NCBI GenBank assembly: GCA_012514175.1
Contig: JAAZAU010000012.1
Coordinates: 3,479-67,478 of the forward strand
Direction: 5' to 3'
DNA length: 64,000 nucleotides
Origin: Parcubacteria group bacterium
GTDB taxonomy: Bacteria; Patescibacteriota; Minisyncoccia; Phycocordibacterales; WO2-35-19
Positions 50,101-60,722 of the stretch are shown here, one piece after another. Position 1 is the first letter of the stretch; each line of letters starts with the position of its first letter. The notes under the pieces were generated by a model. It was not told where the DNA came from and made no database searches. It worked only from the letters and a program-made list of their open reading frames with translations. Made by a program: the position numbers and the translations under genes.

Positions 50101-50398
50101 TGGTAAAGCTCAAGGTGGAGGACAAAGATTTGGAGAAATGGAAGTTTGGGCACTCCTTGGTCATGGTGTTGCCTACACTTTGAGAGAAATGCTCACAGTG
50201 AAATCTGACGACATCATTGGTAGAAGCGCTACTTTTGACGCTATTGTTAAGGATGAAAGAATACGAGTAGAAAACTTGCCAGCCGCATTTAATGTATTAG
50301 TTAACAACCTAAGAGGCTTAGCTCTAAACATTGAATTGTTAAAAGATCAAACCCAAACCAATAAAAAATTAGAAGCAATTGAAAGTGATAATAACTAA
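47159..50398 (+). CDS. rpoB: DNA-directed RNA polymerase subunit beta
   Basis: 1079 aa with canonical beta motifs (GRHGNKGVIS, QRFGEMEVWAL). Confidence 0.95.
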   Translation: MTTTETKDKVLTGKVLPKKYFSKFKKSLAPIPNLVKDQIESFNWLIEKGIKEIFDEFAVINDPSGKKFKFEFLGFELEQPKYDEYYAKEKKLSYEAPLKVRVKLTNKVLNTEKEQELFLADFPMMTPHGTFIISGIERVIVPQLARSFGVFFTKIELKGRSLFGVKIIPARGAWIEIETDIDKTIYVRIDRKRKFPVTALLRAFGAETDSEIFELFKDNKEAKEYIEKSLAKDHTKTADEAYIEIYRRLRDGDLATAENAKEFFINLFESDRYDLQKVGRFRFNSRFNLPTDGKDADRRTLNLEDLKLVVNHIITLNTTPGSIEDDIDHLGSRRVRYVGEMMQQKFRVGMVQIKRNMQNRMSTVDTDVTLPVQFIIPKPLQARLKEFFATNQLSQFMSQENALAEIEHLRLLSALGPGGLNRSRAGFEVRDVHPSHYGRLCPIHTPEGPNIGLILHLALYARVNEFGMIETPYVKVKNGKVTNEIEYFNALEEEKFAIAHAATGRDEAGNITEEMVEIRIGGKPDMIQKDKVEYMDVSTSQAFSIATSLIPFLNHDDANRALMGSNMQKQATPCVEPEPPLVATGIEGPAMRDTGRLVIAEKEGVVSKVDGSSVEVTDNKGTKKEYKLVNFAKTNGATCFHQRPTVNIGDKVKSGDVLADTLMSVQGEMALGQNILIGFLSWSGANYEDAIILSERLIKENKFTTIHIDEITVNVRDTKLGPEVTTCDIPNVGEAKLKNLAEDGIIRVGAEVNPGDILVGKITPKGETQLTPEERLLRSLFGEKARDVKDTSKRVEGGKKGRIINVQVFSREKGDKLESGIIKRIHIEIAQIRNVSVGDKLAGRHGNKGVISTILPVEDMPYMADGTPIDMILTPLGVPSRMNLGQILELHLGAAAKNLNYQAVVPPFAGSTDQEIKEELKKAGLSEDGKVQLYDGRTGEAIKQKTAVGYMYMLKLDHMVEDKIHMRSIGPYSLITQQPLGGKAQGGGQRFGEMEVWALLGHGVAYTLREMLTVKSDDIIGRSATFDAIVKDERIRVENLPAAFNVLVNNLRGLALNIELLKDQTQTNKKLEAIESDNN

Positions 50399-50402
50399 TA
50401 AA

Positions 50403-53400
50403 ATGAGTAACAAAAATATAAATCTAAATACAGATTTCGACATCGTTAGACTTTCCCTTGCTTCTCCGGAAATTATTGAGAGTTGGTCTCATGGCGAAGT
50501 CACCAAATCTGAAACCATAAACTACCGCACTCAAAGAAGTGAGCGTTATGGTCTTTTTGATGAGAAAATTTTCGGACCTGATAAAGATTATGAATGTTAT
50601 TGCGGTAAATACAAAGGTATTAGATACAAAGGTATCGTTTGTGAAAAATGTGGAGTAGAAATAACTCGTTCAATCGTTAGAAGAGAAAGAATGGGGCACA
50701 TAGAATTGGCTGCACCAGTTGCGCATATTTGGTTTTTAAAGAGTATGCCTTCACGTATTGCTTTACTTCTTGGTATTAGCTCAGTTGATGTAGAAAAAGT
50801 TATTTATTTTGCAGGTTATATCATTACCAAAGTCTCAGACGAAGAAAAACAAGGTATTTTGAAAGAACTTGATGCTGAATATAAATCAAGAGTAAAAAAT
50901 TTGACAGACGAAAAAGAAAAAGAAGAACTTAAGGAAAAATTACTTGCGAGAAAAAAAGAGATTGAAAGCATCGTAGAAGGCAGAGTTATTGATGAAGTTG
51001 CTTACCATAGTTATTCTATGAAATACGGCACATTCTTTGAAGCTAAAATAGGAGCTGAAGCTATCTATAACATATTCAAAACTATAGACTTACAGAAATT
51101 TGAAGAAAAAATAAAAGAAGAATTAGAAACTTCTAAATCAGCTGATTCAACCAAAATTGCTAAAAGATTAGCTTTGGTTCAATCTATAATCAGATCTGGC
51201 ATTAGACCTGAATGGATGTTTCTTACAAAGATACCAGTTATTCCTCCAGCTATGAGACCAATGGTGCCTCTTGAAGGCGGTAGATATGCTACTTCAGATG
51301 TAAACGATCTTTATCGTAGAGTTATCAACAGAAATAATCGCTTAAAAAAACTTTGCGAAATCAACGCGCCAGATGTCATTTTAAGAAACGAAAAGAGAAT
51401 TCTCCAAGAAGCGGTAGACGCTCTCATAGATAATTCTATAAGACATGGACAAAACCAAGGCGCTACTCAAGCTGGTAAATCCAGAGAGCTTAAATCACTC
51501 GCCGACAATCTTAAAGGTAAAAAAGGTCTCTTCCGTCAAAATCTTTTAGGTAAACGCGTAGACTATTCTGGACGAAGCGTTATTGTGGTCGGTCCAGACC
51601 TTAAATTGCACCAATGTGGTTTGCCAAAACATATGGCGTTAGAACTTTTCAAACCGTTTATCATTTCACAACTTTTGAAACAAGAGCTAGCTTATAACGT
51701 TCGTGGCGCTAGTCGTCTTATAGACGACAAGATACCAGAAGTTTGGGCAATTCTTGAAGAAGTTATTAAAGATAAATACGTCCTTCTCAATCGCGCTCCA
51801 ACCTTACACAAACTTGGTATCCAAGCTTTCCAACCGGTGCTGATTGAAGGTAACGCTATCCAAATCCACCCACTTGTATGTAATGCTTTTAACGCAGACT
51901 TTGACGGCGACCAAATGGCTGTTCACGTACCACTTTCACCTGAAGCTCAAATGGAAGCTCAAATGATTATGGCTTCAGATAAAAACATCTTGAAACCTGG
52001 ATCAGGTGAACCAACAATTTCTAACAAACTTCTAGATATAATTTTAGGTTGCTATTGGATGACCAAAGATGTTAGTGGAGAAAAAGGAGAGGGAATGATT
52101 TTCCCAAATCCAAATGCAGCTATTACCGCTCATGATTTTGATCTGATTGAATACAGAGCAAAAATAAAAGTTCTAGCTACTGATTCAGCTAAATATAAGG
52201 AATTTAAAGATCAGATGTTTGAAACTACCGTAGGCCGACTCTTGTTTAACTCAATATTACCGAATGATTATCCTTACATAAACGAAGAAATCACCGGTAA
52301 AAAAATGAAAATCTTAGTTGACAACCTTATCCGAAAATACGGAATAGAATCTATACCATCTATAATGGATAAAATAAAAGAGTTTGGATTTAAGTATGCT
52401 ACCATTGCCGGAATTACTTGGGGTATTGACGACATTAAAGTGCCAGAAAATAAAGATGAAATAATCAATAAAGCTAATGAAAAAGTTTCTTTGGTTCAAG
52501 AACAATACGATGCCGGATTACTCTCTTACAATGAGAAAAAAATAAAAAATATAGAAATCTGGAATAACACCAAAGACAGCATTGAAAAATCTCTTCAAGA
52601 ATCAATGGATAAAAGTGGTTCAGTCTACGATCTTGTAAAATCAGGCGCCAGAGGTTCTTTAAGTCAACTTACTCAAATGGCAGGTATGAAAGGTCTTATT
52701 GTGAACACCGCTGGGGAAACTATTGATTTCCCAGTCGTATCTTCAAACAAAGAAGGTTTAACACCAATTGAATACTTCATTACTACTCACGGCGCCAGAA
52801 AAGGTCTTGCCGACACTGCGCTCAACACTTCTAAAGCCGGTTACTTAACAAGAAAACTTTTTGATGTTTCTCAAGATTGTCTTGTGACCGAAGAAAATTG
52901 TGGTAGCAAAGAAGGTGTTATGCTTTCTAAAATAACTTCTTCCGGTATGGAAGTCTCCATTGCAAAAATTGCTAAAGGTAGATTTTTAGCTGAAGATGTT
53001 AAAGATAAAGAAGGTAATATTCTCTTCAAAAGAAATCACTTTTTGACAGGTGAAGATGCTGCCAAAATAGAAGACGCGGGTATTACAGACATTATGGTCA
53101 GGTCACCTTTAACTTGTAAAACTTTGGATGGAGTTTGTGTCCATTGTTATGGTTCCGATTTGGGTAAAGACAAAAAAGTGGAACTTGGTGAAGCGGTCGG
53201 CACTATTGCCGCTCAAGCCATTGGTGAACCTGGTACTCAACTCACGATGAGAACTTTCCACGCTGGAGGTACTGCATCTGTTGGTGGTGACATCACCCGA
53301 GGTTTACCAAGAGTTGAAGAAGTTTTTGAAAACAGAACCCCTAAAAATCCAGCTGTTATTTGTAAAGTAGATGGTGTTGTTAGTGAAATAAAGAGTGAAG

Positions 53401-54059
53401 GTAAAGATAAAATTATAATTGTTTTACCAGAAGATGGTGAAAAATCTAAAACCAAATCAAACACTGACTACGTAGCCAACTACAACAGAATGATTACTGT
53501 AAAAGTTGGAGACAAAGTTTCTAAAGGTGATTTACTGACTGATGGTTCCGTAGATTTAAATGAATATTTCAGATACGCAGGCAAAGAAAAGACTCAAAAT
53601 TATATCATTCACGAAATTACCAAGATTTACGAATTGCAAGGCGAACCGGTTTCTCGAAAACACATTGAGGTTATTATTAAACAAATGTTTTCAAGGAGAA
53701 AAATTAAATCAGCTGGTGATACTAAGTTTTCTCAAGGAGATATTGTATCTCAAAGCGATCTTTTTGTTGAAAATGAGAAAGTTAAAAATGCTGGAAAAGA
53801 AGAGGCCAAAGCAGAACCATTGCTTATCGGCATTACTGGCGTTTCGTTATCTAGAAAAAGTTTTCTTTCTTCCGCTTCGTTCCAACACACTACCCGAATG
53901 CTTATCCAGAGCGCTCTAAGTGGCACCGAAGATGAACTCAAGGGTCTCAAAGAAAATGTCATTATTGGTAGACTTATTCCAGCTGGCTCAGGATTCTCTG
54001 GTAGCGAAAAATACAAGATGATCAAAGATCTTCAAGAAAAATTGGATGCTCAAAGTTAA
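50403..54059 (+). CDS. rpoC: DNA-directed RNA polymerase subunit beta'
   Basis: Zn-finger CYCGKYKGIRYKGIVCEKCGVE and NADFDGDQMAVH. The start is taken at the ATG 5 nt after the rpoB stop. Confidence 0.95.
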   Translation: MSNKNINLNTDFDIVRLSLASPEIIESWSHGEVTKSETINYRTQRSERYGLFDEKIFGPDKDYECYCGKYKGIRYKGIVCEKCGVEITRSIVRRERMGHIELAAPVAHIWFLKSMPSRIALLLGISSVDVEKVIYFAGYIITKVSDEEKQGILKELDAEYKSRVKNLTDEKEKEELKEKLLARKKEIESIVEGRVIDEVAYHSYSMKYGTFFEAKIGAEAIYNIFKTIDLQKFEEKIKEELETSKSADSTKIAKRLALVQSIIRSGIRPEWMFLTKIPVIPPAMRPMVPLEGGRYATSDVNDLYRRVINRNNRLKKLCEINAPDVILRNEKRILQEAVDALIDNSIRHGQNQGATQAGKSRELKSLADNLKGKKGLFRQNLLGKRVDYSGRSVIVVGPDLKLHQCGLPKHMALELFKPFIISQLLKQELAYNVRGASRLIDDKIPEVWAILEEVIKDKYVLLNRAPTLHKLGIQAFQPVLIEGNAIQIHPLVCNAFNADFDGDQMAVHVPLSPEAQMEAQMIMASDKNILKPGSGEPTISNKLLDIILGCYWMTKDVSGEKGEGMIFPNPNAAITAHDFDLIEYRAKIKVLATDSAKYKEFKDQMFETTVGRLLFNSILPNDYPYINEEITGKKMKILVDNLIRKYGIESIPSIMDKIKEFGFKYATIAGITWGIDDIKVPENKDEIINKANEKVSLVQEQYDAGLLSYNEKKIKNIEIWNNTKDSIEKSLQESMDKSGSVYDLVKSGARGSLSQLTQMAGMKGLIVNTAGETIDFPVVSSNKEGLTPIEYFITTHGARKGLADTALNTSKAGYLTRKLFDVSQDCLVTEENCGSKEGVMLSKITSSGMEVSIAKIAKGRFLAEDVKDKEGNILFKRNHFLTGEDAAKIEDAGITDIMVRSPLTCKTLDGVCVHCYGSDLGKDKKVELGEAVGTIAAQAIGEPGTQLTMRTFHAGGTASVGGDITRGLPRVEEVFENRTPKNPAVICKVDGVVSEIKSEGKDKIIIVLPEDGEKSKTKSNTDYVANYNRMITVKVGDKVSKGDLLTDGSVDLNEYFRYAGKEKTQNYIIHEITKIYELQGEPVSRKHIEVIIKQMFSRRKIKSAGDTKFSQGDIVSQSDLFVENEKVKNAGKEEAKAEPLLIGITGVSLSRKSFLSSASFQHTTRMLIQSALSGTEDELKGLKENVIIGRLIPAGSGFSGSEKYKMIKDLQEKLDAQS

Positions 54060-54067
54060 AATAAAAT

Positions 54068-55618
54068 ATGTCTACAAACGTAGAACAAATAAAGGAACGT
54101 CTGAACATTGTTGATGTTATATCTTCTTATTTGAAAATAGAAAAAGCCGGCATAAATTATAAAGCCAGATGTCCCTTTCATAACGAAAAAACACCATCCT
54201 TTTTCATTTCTCCTCAAAGACAAAGTTTCTACTGTTTTGGTTGTGGTGAAAAAGGAGACATTTTTTCGTTTGTAGAAAAATTTGAAAATGTAGATTTTAA
54301 AGAAGCAATGAAAATTTTGGCTGAACGTGCCGGTATAGAACTTAAAGGTTTTAGAAAAGAAGAAAACAAAGACGAAAAAGAAGAGCTCTTAAAAGTAATG
54401 GAAGTAGCGACTAAGTTTTATGAAGAAGCTTTGGTAGAAAACAAAAACGCCTTACAGTACCTTAAAAATAGAGGTTTACTCCCAGACTCAATTTCCAAAT
54501 GGAGAATCGGTTTTGCCAAAGAAGGCTGGAGGAATCTGTATGATTTCCTGACTGAAAAAGGTTTTTCTCAAAAAACAATGTTAGAAGCGGGGCTCTTAAA
54601 AAAAACTGAGGGGAAAATGGGCTCCGAAGATGAGCGTTATTATGACACTTTCAGAAATCGCATTATGTTTCCGATTTTTGATAATAACGGTAAAGTAATC
54701 GCTTTTTCTGGTAGAGCAATGAGAGAAGATGAAAAAAACCCAAAATATTTAAACTCCCCTGAGACCAAACTTTTTTACAAATCAGAAACTCTTTACGGTT
54801 TTCATATTGCCAAAAACTATATTCGCAAAAATGATTACACAGTTTTAGTAGAAGGTCAGATGGATTTACTTATGTCACATCAAGTTGGCACATTAAACAC
54901 AGTTGCTTCATCGGGCACAGCTCTAACAGAACTGCATTTGAAAAAACTGCAAAAACTCTCTAATCGTATTATAATAGCCTATGATTCTGATGAGGCTGGA
55001 GAAAGCGCTGCCAGAAGAGCAGCCGAATTGGCTCTTTCTCTTGGTATGGAAGTTAAAACAACCTTTTTACCTAAAAATGAAGATCCAGACTCTATCATCA
55101 GAAAAAACCCTAGCGAATGGAAAGAGATTCTAAAAAACTCTGAATATTTTTTAGACGCCTTATTAAGCAAAGCGTTGCAAAAATACAAAGACAGAGCTTT
55201 GACAAAAGAAATAACAAACAACATTTTACCTTTAGTTTCTTTAATTAAAAATGAAATAGAAAAATCTCATTTTATAAAAAAGATAGCTCTAAAGATGCGG
55301 GTTACTGAAGACACAATATTAAAACAACTTGAAAAAATCAAAACTGACACCGCAAGAGTTAACTCCAATGAAGAAAATCAAAACCAAAAAGACCAAAAAG
55401 AAGAACTCCTGTTTGAAATAGAACGATACGGATTAAAAATAGATGTAGAGCAGGAAAACGCAGAAATATTAAAAAGGGATGAAATTAAAGAATTAAAGAA
55501 AAAACATCAAGAAATTGCGATCACTCTAGACGATAAAGATATTACCCAAGAAGACAGAAAAAACCTAGAAAATGATTTAAAAAATATTGAAAAACGTTTA
55601 AAAGAAATTAATAATTAA
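54068..55618 (+). CDS. dnaG: DNA primase
   Basis: CHC2 zinc finger [11 protein letters not shown]...CFGCG and [14 protein letters not shown]...DSDEAG. Confidence 0.9.
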   Translation: MSTNVEQIKERLNIVDVISSYLKIEKAGINYKARCPFHNEKTPSFFISPQRQSFYCFGCGEKGDIFSFVEKFENVDFKEAMKILAERAGIELKGFRKEENKDEKEELLKVMEVATKFYEEALVENKNALQYLKNRGLLPDSISKWRIGFAKEGWRNLYDFLTEKGFSQKTMLEAGLLKKTEGKMGSEDERYYDTFRNRIMFPIFDNNGKVIAFSGRAMREDEKNPKYLNSPETKLFYKSETLYGFHIAKNYIRKNDYTVLVEGQMDLLMSHQVGTLNTVASSGTALTELHLKKLQKLSNRIIIAYDSDEAGESAARRAAELALSLGMEVKTTFLPKNEDPDSIIRKNPSEWKEILKNSEYFLDALLSKALQKYKDRALTKEITNNILPLVSLIKNEIEKSHFIKKIALKMRVTEDTILKQLEKIKTDTARVNSNEENQNQKDQKEELLFEIERYGLKIDVEQENAEILKRDEIKELKKKHQEIAITLDDKDITQEDRKNLENDLKNIEKRLKEINN

Positions 55619-55628
55619 ATTACTGGCA

Positions 55629-56840
55629 ATGAGCAAAAAAACTAACAAAACAAAATTTAAAAAACTCAAACAAACTCGCTTAAAAAAAGCGAAGAAAGTC
55701 AAACCTGCGCCAAAGCCAAAAAAGAAACCGATAAAAAAAACGGTTAAAAAAGCAATAAAGAAAACCAAAAAAACAAAATCGGAAGCCGAAAATAAAAAAA
55801 AGATTTTGATTACCAAAGGTAAAGAAAGAGGATTTATAACTTTTGACGAAATTCTGAAAGAATTTCCAACTATTGAAGATGATATTATGCTTCTTGAAGA
55901 AATTTATGAAGAATGTTCAACTGCTGGTATAGACATCTTGGAAGGGGGCAGACTTTTAGAAGAAGCTGTTGTTAGTAAAGATAAAGATCAGTTTAAGGAT
56001 GTTACTTCTTATGACTCTATCCAAATGTATCTTAAAGAGATAGGTCAACACCCTCTCATTACAGGCGCTCAAGAAAAAGAGCTCGCCAAAAGAATACTTA
56101 ATGGCGACGATGAGGCCAGAAATATTTTAGCTAAAGCTAACCTGCGTCTCGTAGTTTCTATCGCTAAAAAATATGCCAACCGTTCATCTGACTTAACACT
56201 TCTAGATCTCATTCAAGAAGGTAACTTGGGGCTCTTTAAAGCTGTTGACAAATTTGATTATACTAAAGGTTATAAATTCTCCACCTACGCCACTTGGTGG
56301 ATCAGGCAAGCTATTACCAGAGCCCTAGCGGATCAGTCACGCACTATTCGTGTGCCAGTGCATATGGTAGAAACCATAGCTAAATACAAGCAAGTAGTCA
56401 GAAGACTGAGCCAGGATTTAGGTCGCGACCCATTACCAGAAGAAATTGCGGTTGAAATGGGATTAGATTCTGACAAAATCTATATGATAGAAAAAATTGA
56501 TCAAGGAATAGTCTCTCTAGAAACTCCAGTGGGGGATGAAGATGATGGTAAATCAACTGTTAGTGATTTCGTAGCCGATGAAAAAATTATCGCCCCAGAT
56601 CAAGAATCAAATCGTCGCATTATTCGCGATCAACTTCAAGAAATATTGGCTGATCTACCAATCAAAGAAAAGAGAATAATTGAAATGAGAAATGGACTTT
56701 TAGATGGTGTTTATCACACACTAGAAGATGTGGGTAAGGAGTTTGGTGTCACCCGTGAACGTATCCGTCAAATTGAAGCCAAAGCTCTTGAAAAAATGCG
56801 TCAGCACGAAAAAATCAAACGCCTCCAGCATTTCTTTTAA
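55629..56840 (+). CDS. rpoD: RNA polymerase sigma factor RpoD with lysine-rich basic N-terminal region
   Basis: Regions 1.2-4 ([45 protein letters not shown]); about 60 aa K-rich N-terminus. Confidence 0.9.
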   Translation: MSKKTNKTKFKKLKQTRLKKAKKVKPAPKPKKKPIKKTVKKAIKKTKKTKSEAENKKKILITKGKERGFITFDEILKEFPTIEDDIMLLEEIYEECSTAGIDILEGGRLLEEAVVSKDKDQFKDVTSYDSIQMYLKEIGQHPLITGAQEKELAKRILNGDDEARNILAKANLRLVVSIAKKYANRSSDLTLLDLIQEGNLGLFKAVDKFDYTKGYKFSTYATWWIRQAITRALADQSRTIRVPVHMVETIAKYKQVVRRLSQDLGRDPLPEEIAVEMGLDSDKIYMIEKIDQGIVSLETPVGDEDDGKSTVSDFVADEKIIAPDQESNRRIIRDQLQEILADLPIKEKRIIEMRNGLLDGVYHTLEDVGKEFGVTRERIRQIEAKALEKMRQHEKIKRLQHFF

Positions 56841-56920
56841 CCACATAAGAGAATATGAAGGAATACGAAAGCCAGAATAACAAGTTCTTATTCTTGTTGT
56901 TTTTATGCTAATCTTATTTT

Positions 56921-59887
56921 ATGAACGACAACCTTTTCGCGGAAAAATACAAAAAACTAAACGTAAAACAAAAAGAGGCGGTGGATGCTGTTGAAGGACC
57001 AGTTATGATAGTAGCCGGACCAGGCACAGGTAAAACCACGATTTTAACTCTCAGAATTGCCAATATTTTAAAAAAAACAGACACTCAACCAGAAAATATT
57101 CTAGCTTTAACTTTTACTAATTCTGGTGTAAACGCTATCAGAAAAAATCTTCTAGAATATATAGGCGACAGAGCTTATCGTATAAATATTTTTACCTTTC
57201 ACGCCTTTGCTGAACATATTATTAAAGAATTTGGATTCTATTTTAAAGAACTTGAGTTTTCAAAAGTTATAAGCGATTTAGAAAAAGTAGAAATTATTGA
57301 AGAAATTCTTACAAAAGGTCGTTTCAAAGAAATCGTTTCTAAAAGTGATTTATTTAGTTCACTTTCTCAAATTAAAAAAGCTATAAATAGGATAAAAAAA
57401 GAAGGTCTAAGCCCTCTAGAATTTAAAAACCGAATTCCTGAATGGGAAAAAGAACTTTGGTTGGATGAAAATCTTTTTTACAAAAGAAAGTTCGGTAAAT
57501 ACAATGAAGGTGATGTAAAACCAGCCGAAAAAGAAAAATTGGAGAAAAAAATTGCAAAAGCAGAAGAAATTGCCGAAGTTTTTGAAAAATATCAACAAGA
57601 AATAAAAGAGAGGGGATTTTATGATTTTGACGATATGATTTTAAATGTTTTAAAAGAATTAGAAAAAAACGAAAATTTGAAACTAGATCTTCAAGAACAA
57701 TATCAATATCTTTTGATTGACGAACACCAAGATACTAATGATGGTCAAAACCGATTGATTGAGCTTTTAACCGATGCGAAACATTTAAATCGCAGACCAA
57801 ATCTCTTTACAGTGGGTGACGAAAAGCAATCTATTTACCGATTTCAAGGCGCTAGTGAAAAAACTTTCCGACATTTTAACAAAATGTATGAAGATATAGA
57901 CTTAATAAACTTGGAAGACAATTACCGTTCTACCCAAAATATTTTAGACGCGGCACATAGCCTAATTTCTCACACCCTAAAAGATTCTGTAAAACTCAAG
58001 GCTTTTAATAAAAAAACGAATGACAAAATTAAATTTTTAGAATTTTCAAATTACAAGTTTGAACTACTTTATCTGGCTGAAGAAATACAAAACAAAATTA
58101 AAAAAGAAAATGTAAGTCCAGAAGAAATTGCGATAATTTACCGAAACAATAGGCAAATTGAAGAAATAAAAGACATCTTCAGTCAAAAAGGTTTACCTTT
58201 TACAATTGTTTCCAACGAATATTTGCTAGAGGATATAAATATTGTGAATCTAATTTCTATACTGAGAGTTATAAATAATCCTAAAGACAATCACAGTTTA
58301 GCTAAATCTCTCCTAGTAAACTTTTTAAATATAGATTCTTATTTAGTAACTGACATTTTGGAAAAATTTAACAAAGAAAACAGGAGAGAAAATAGAGCGC
58401 TGTTTGATTTTATTGCCGAACGAGAAGAATTTAAAGAATTTGCCAATAAAATAAAATCCCTAAAAACTAAATCTGCTAATACTAAATTTGATGGTTTCTT
58501 TAAAGAGTTTCTCAATGAAATTGGTTATATCAAACATATGCTTCAAAGCAAAAATAGCCGACACGAACTCATCAAAATAGACAAACTATTTGATGAAATA
58601 AAAAGACAAGTGCAAAATAAAAAGAATTACTCTTTGAGTGATTTTATTAAATTTATTGATGCTTATAAAAAATATAATTTAGACATTGAAACTAAAGATC
58701 CAGAAATAACTCAGGGTGTTCAACTTATGACCGCTCACCGATCCAAGGGTTTAGAGTTTGAATATGTTTATATTGTAGACACTGTCAGAAAAAGTTGGGA
58801 AAAAAGTAGAGGTTTTGGTGAAATAGCTTTACCAATTGATGACTACAAAGGCGACATCCATGACGAAAGAAGACTCTTTTACGTCTCAATGACTAGAGCT
58901 AAAAAAGGTCTTTTTATCAGTAGCTCACTCACCGACTGGGAAGGTAAAGAACAAGACAAAAGCCAATTTATTTCTGAAATTGCCGAGGAAACTCTGGAAA
59001 TTATAGATACTTATGAATTTGAAAAAGAGCACATCAATAGTTTAGCTTTATTTATCACTCACACCGATTCCAACAAAAGTCTTTTTGATAAAGAGTATCT
59101 AAAAAAACTTTTTCTTGAAAAAAACCTAAATGTTACCGCTCTTAACAATTATTTAGATTGCCCAATAAAATATCTTTTTAGAAATCTAATACAATTACCA
59201 AGTGACTATTCAGAAAGTCTCTTATTTGGAGATTTAATCCACGATAGTTTAGAAAAGTTTTTTGAAGAAAGCAAAAAAAACAAAAAACTTCTAACTAAAA
59301 ACTCTTTAATAAAAATTTTCAAAAATCTCATAGAAAAATCTTCATTTTACGGAAAAGAATACGAAAGATATCTAGAAAGAGGCACCGAAGCTCTTGAAGA
59401 ATATTATGATCAATACAATAAAGACTGGAGTTTAAATATAGAAAACGAAAAACATATCAACCGAGAATTTGAATTAGAAAACGGAGAAAAAATAAATATT
59501 AGTGGCCGATTAGATAAGATAGAGTTTTTAGATTCACCTTTAGAAGGTCGGATAAATATTATAGATTACAAAACTGGCAAACCTTTTAGTGACAAAACCA
59601 AAAAAGAAGAAAGAGAAAATTTGAAACGCCAATTAGTTTTCTACCATATTCTTTACGAAAATTATGCCGAAAATAAATTTTCAATCAACAAAGCCACTTT
59701 AGATTTCGTTGAGAAAAATAAAAAAGGGAATTTTGAACCTTACACCATAGAAGTATCAGCCGACGATATAAAAGAAGTAAAAAAAGAAATAAATAAAATA
59801 GTTAAAGAGGTGACAAGTGGAGAATTTTTAAAATTAGGTTGTAATAAAAAGAATTGCGAATATTGCGCTTTGAAAAAATCTTTATGA
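56921..59887 (+). CDS. UvrD/PcrA-family SF1 helicase fused to a C-terminal Cas4/AddB-type PD-(D/E)xK nuclease with Fe-S cysteines
   Basis: Walker A GPGTGKTT, DEHQD, helicase motif MTAHRSKGLEFEYVYIVD. The nuclease region has GRLDKIEF...INIIDYKTGKP...QLVFYHILY, with Cys in YLDCPIKY and GCNKKNCEYC. Confidence 0.75.
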   Translation: MNDNLFAEKYKKLNVKQKEAVDAVEGPVMIVAGPGTGKTTILTLRIANILKKTDTQPENILALTFTNSGVNAIRKNLLEYIGDRAYRINIFTFHAFAEHIIKEFGFYFKELEFSKVISDLEKVEIIEEILTKGRFKEIVSKSDLFSSLSQIKKAINRIKKEGLSPLEFKNRIPEWEKELWLDENLFYKRKFGKYNEGDVKPAEKEKLEKKIAKAEEIAEVFEKYQQEIKERGFYDFDDMILNVLKELEKNENLKLDLQEQYQYLLIDEHQDTNDGQNRLIELLTDAKHLNRRPNLFTVGDEKQSIYRFQGASEKTFRHFNKMYEDIDLINLEDNYRSTQNILDAAHSLISHTLKDSVKLKAFNKKTNDKIKFLEFSNYKFELLYLAEEIQNKIKKENVSPEEIAIIYRNNRQIEEIKDIFSQKGLPFTIVSNEYLLEDINIVNLISILRVINNPKDNHSLAKSLLVNFLNIDSYLVTDILEKFNKENRRENRALFDFIAEREEFKEFANKIKSLKTKSANTKFDGFFKEFLNEIGYIKHMLQSKNSRHELIKIDKLFDEIKRQVQNKKNYSLSDFIKFIDAYKKYNLDIETKDPEITQGVQLMTAHRSKGLEFEYVYIVDTVRKSWEKSRGFGEIALPIDDYKGDIHDERRLFYVSMTRAKKGLFISSSLTDWEGKEQDKSQFISEIAEETLEIIDTYEFEKEHINSLALFITHTDSNKSLFDKEYLKKLFLEKNLNVTALNNYLDCPIKYLFRNLIQLPSDYSESLLFGDLIHDSLEKFFEESKKNKKLLTKNSLIKIFKNLIEKSSFYGKEYERYLERGTEALEEYYDQYNKDWSLNIENEKHINREFELENGEKINISGRLDKIEFLDSPLEGRINIIDYKTGKPFSDKTKKEERENLKRQLVFYHILYENYAENKFSINKATLDFVEKNKKGNFEPYTIEVSADDIKEVKKEINKIVKEVTSGEFLKLGCNKKNCEYCALKKSL

Positions 59888-59894
59888 GATAACT

Positions 59895-59918
59895 AAAACT
59901 CCCCGGTTGGGGAGTTTT
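59895..59918. terminator. Bidirectional terminator between the helicase gene and the dsbA-like gene
   Basis: aaaactcccc-ggtt-ggggagtttt. Confidence 0.6.
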
Positions 59919-59939
59919 AGTTGTTTAATTATTACGAAA

Positions 59940-60665
59940 CTAAGATTCCAGAATTATATCAATAAATTGTTTAACTTGAGTATAAGGATAAGCTCCTTCA
60001 AGAGGATAATGTTCTTCAGTTTTAGTATCAATAATCACACTGTATGGTGTTCCAAAAATACCTGCCGCCTGTGCGTTTTGAATATCAGTTGCTATTTTAG
60101 ACGCAAATTCGCCACTCTCCAAACAAGCATTAAACTCAGAAGAAGAGAGGCCTATCTCGGTAGCAATAACCGGAAGTTTGTTTAAATCTAAACCATCATT
60201 AGATTCGGTCATTTCATAAACTTTATTTATATATTCCCAAAATTTGCTGTTGCCACCCAATTTGGCAGCGCACTCTGTCGCCTCAGCTTCTTTAATGGAA
60301 TTAGCGTGCAGTTGTTCAATAGGGTAGTGTCTATAAACCCAAGCCACATCTCCACTACTGCCGTATTCCTGCATAATCGTATTCATAGTGACGTGAAAAG
60401 GTTTACAATAAGGACATTCTGTGTCAGAATATTCAACCACAATAATCCTAGCTTCAGGACTGCCTATGATATGATCGCTAGCGTCAATAGGTTTAATAGC
60501 GTTAGCGAGCTGTTTTGATTCCATCTGTTGTTTTTGAGAAGGAGTCGGATTGTTTGAAGTAATTTTACCGTTCATATATATACCGCCAGCAATCAAAAGA
60601 CCCGCCAAAACTATAGAAATTGGCAAAGACATTTTTTCGCCTAAACTTTTTTTATTTTCCTCCAT
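59940..60665 (-). CDS. DsbA-family thiol:disulfide oxidoreductase, membrane-anchored
   Basis: N-terminal TM helix, CPYCKPFH active site, thioredoxin fold. Confidence 0.7.
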   Translation of the reverse strand: MEENKKSLGEKMSLPISIVLAGLLIAGGIYMNGKITSNNPTPSQKQQMESKQLANAIKPIDASDHIIGSPEARIIVVEYSDTECPYCKPFHVTMNTIMQEYGSSGDVAWVYRHYPIEQLHANSIKEAEATECAAKLGGNSKFWEYINKVYEMTESNDGLDLNKLPVIATEIGLSSSEFNACLESGEFASKIATDIQNAQAAGIFGTPYSVIIDTKTEEHYPLEGAYPYTQVKQFIDIILES

Positions 60666-60722
60666 ATAATTTATCTTTTCAATTAATAATACTTAACCTT
60701 TAAATTGTAACACGATTTCTTT

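Noticed and set aside
53560-53919. 119-aa ORF in an alternative frame within rpoC
   Set aside because: It lies inside a highly conserved rpoC coding region, so it is an alternative-frame artefact.
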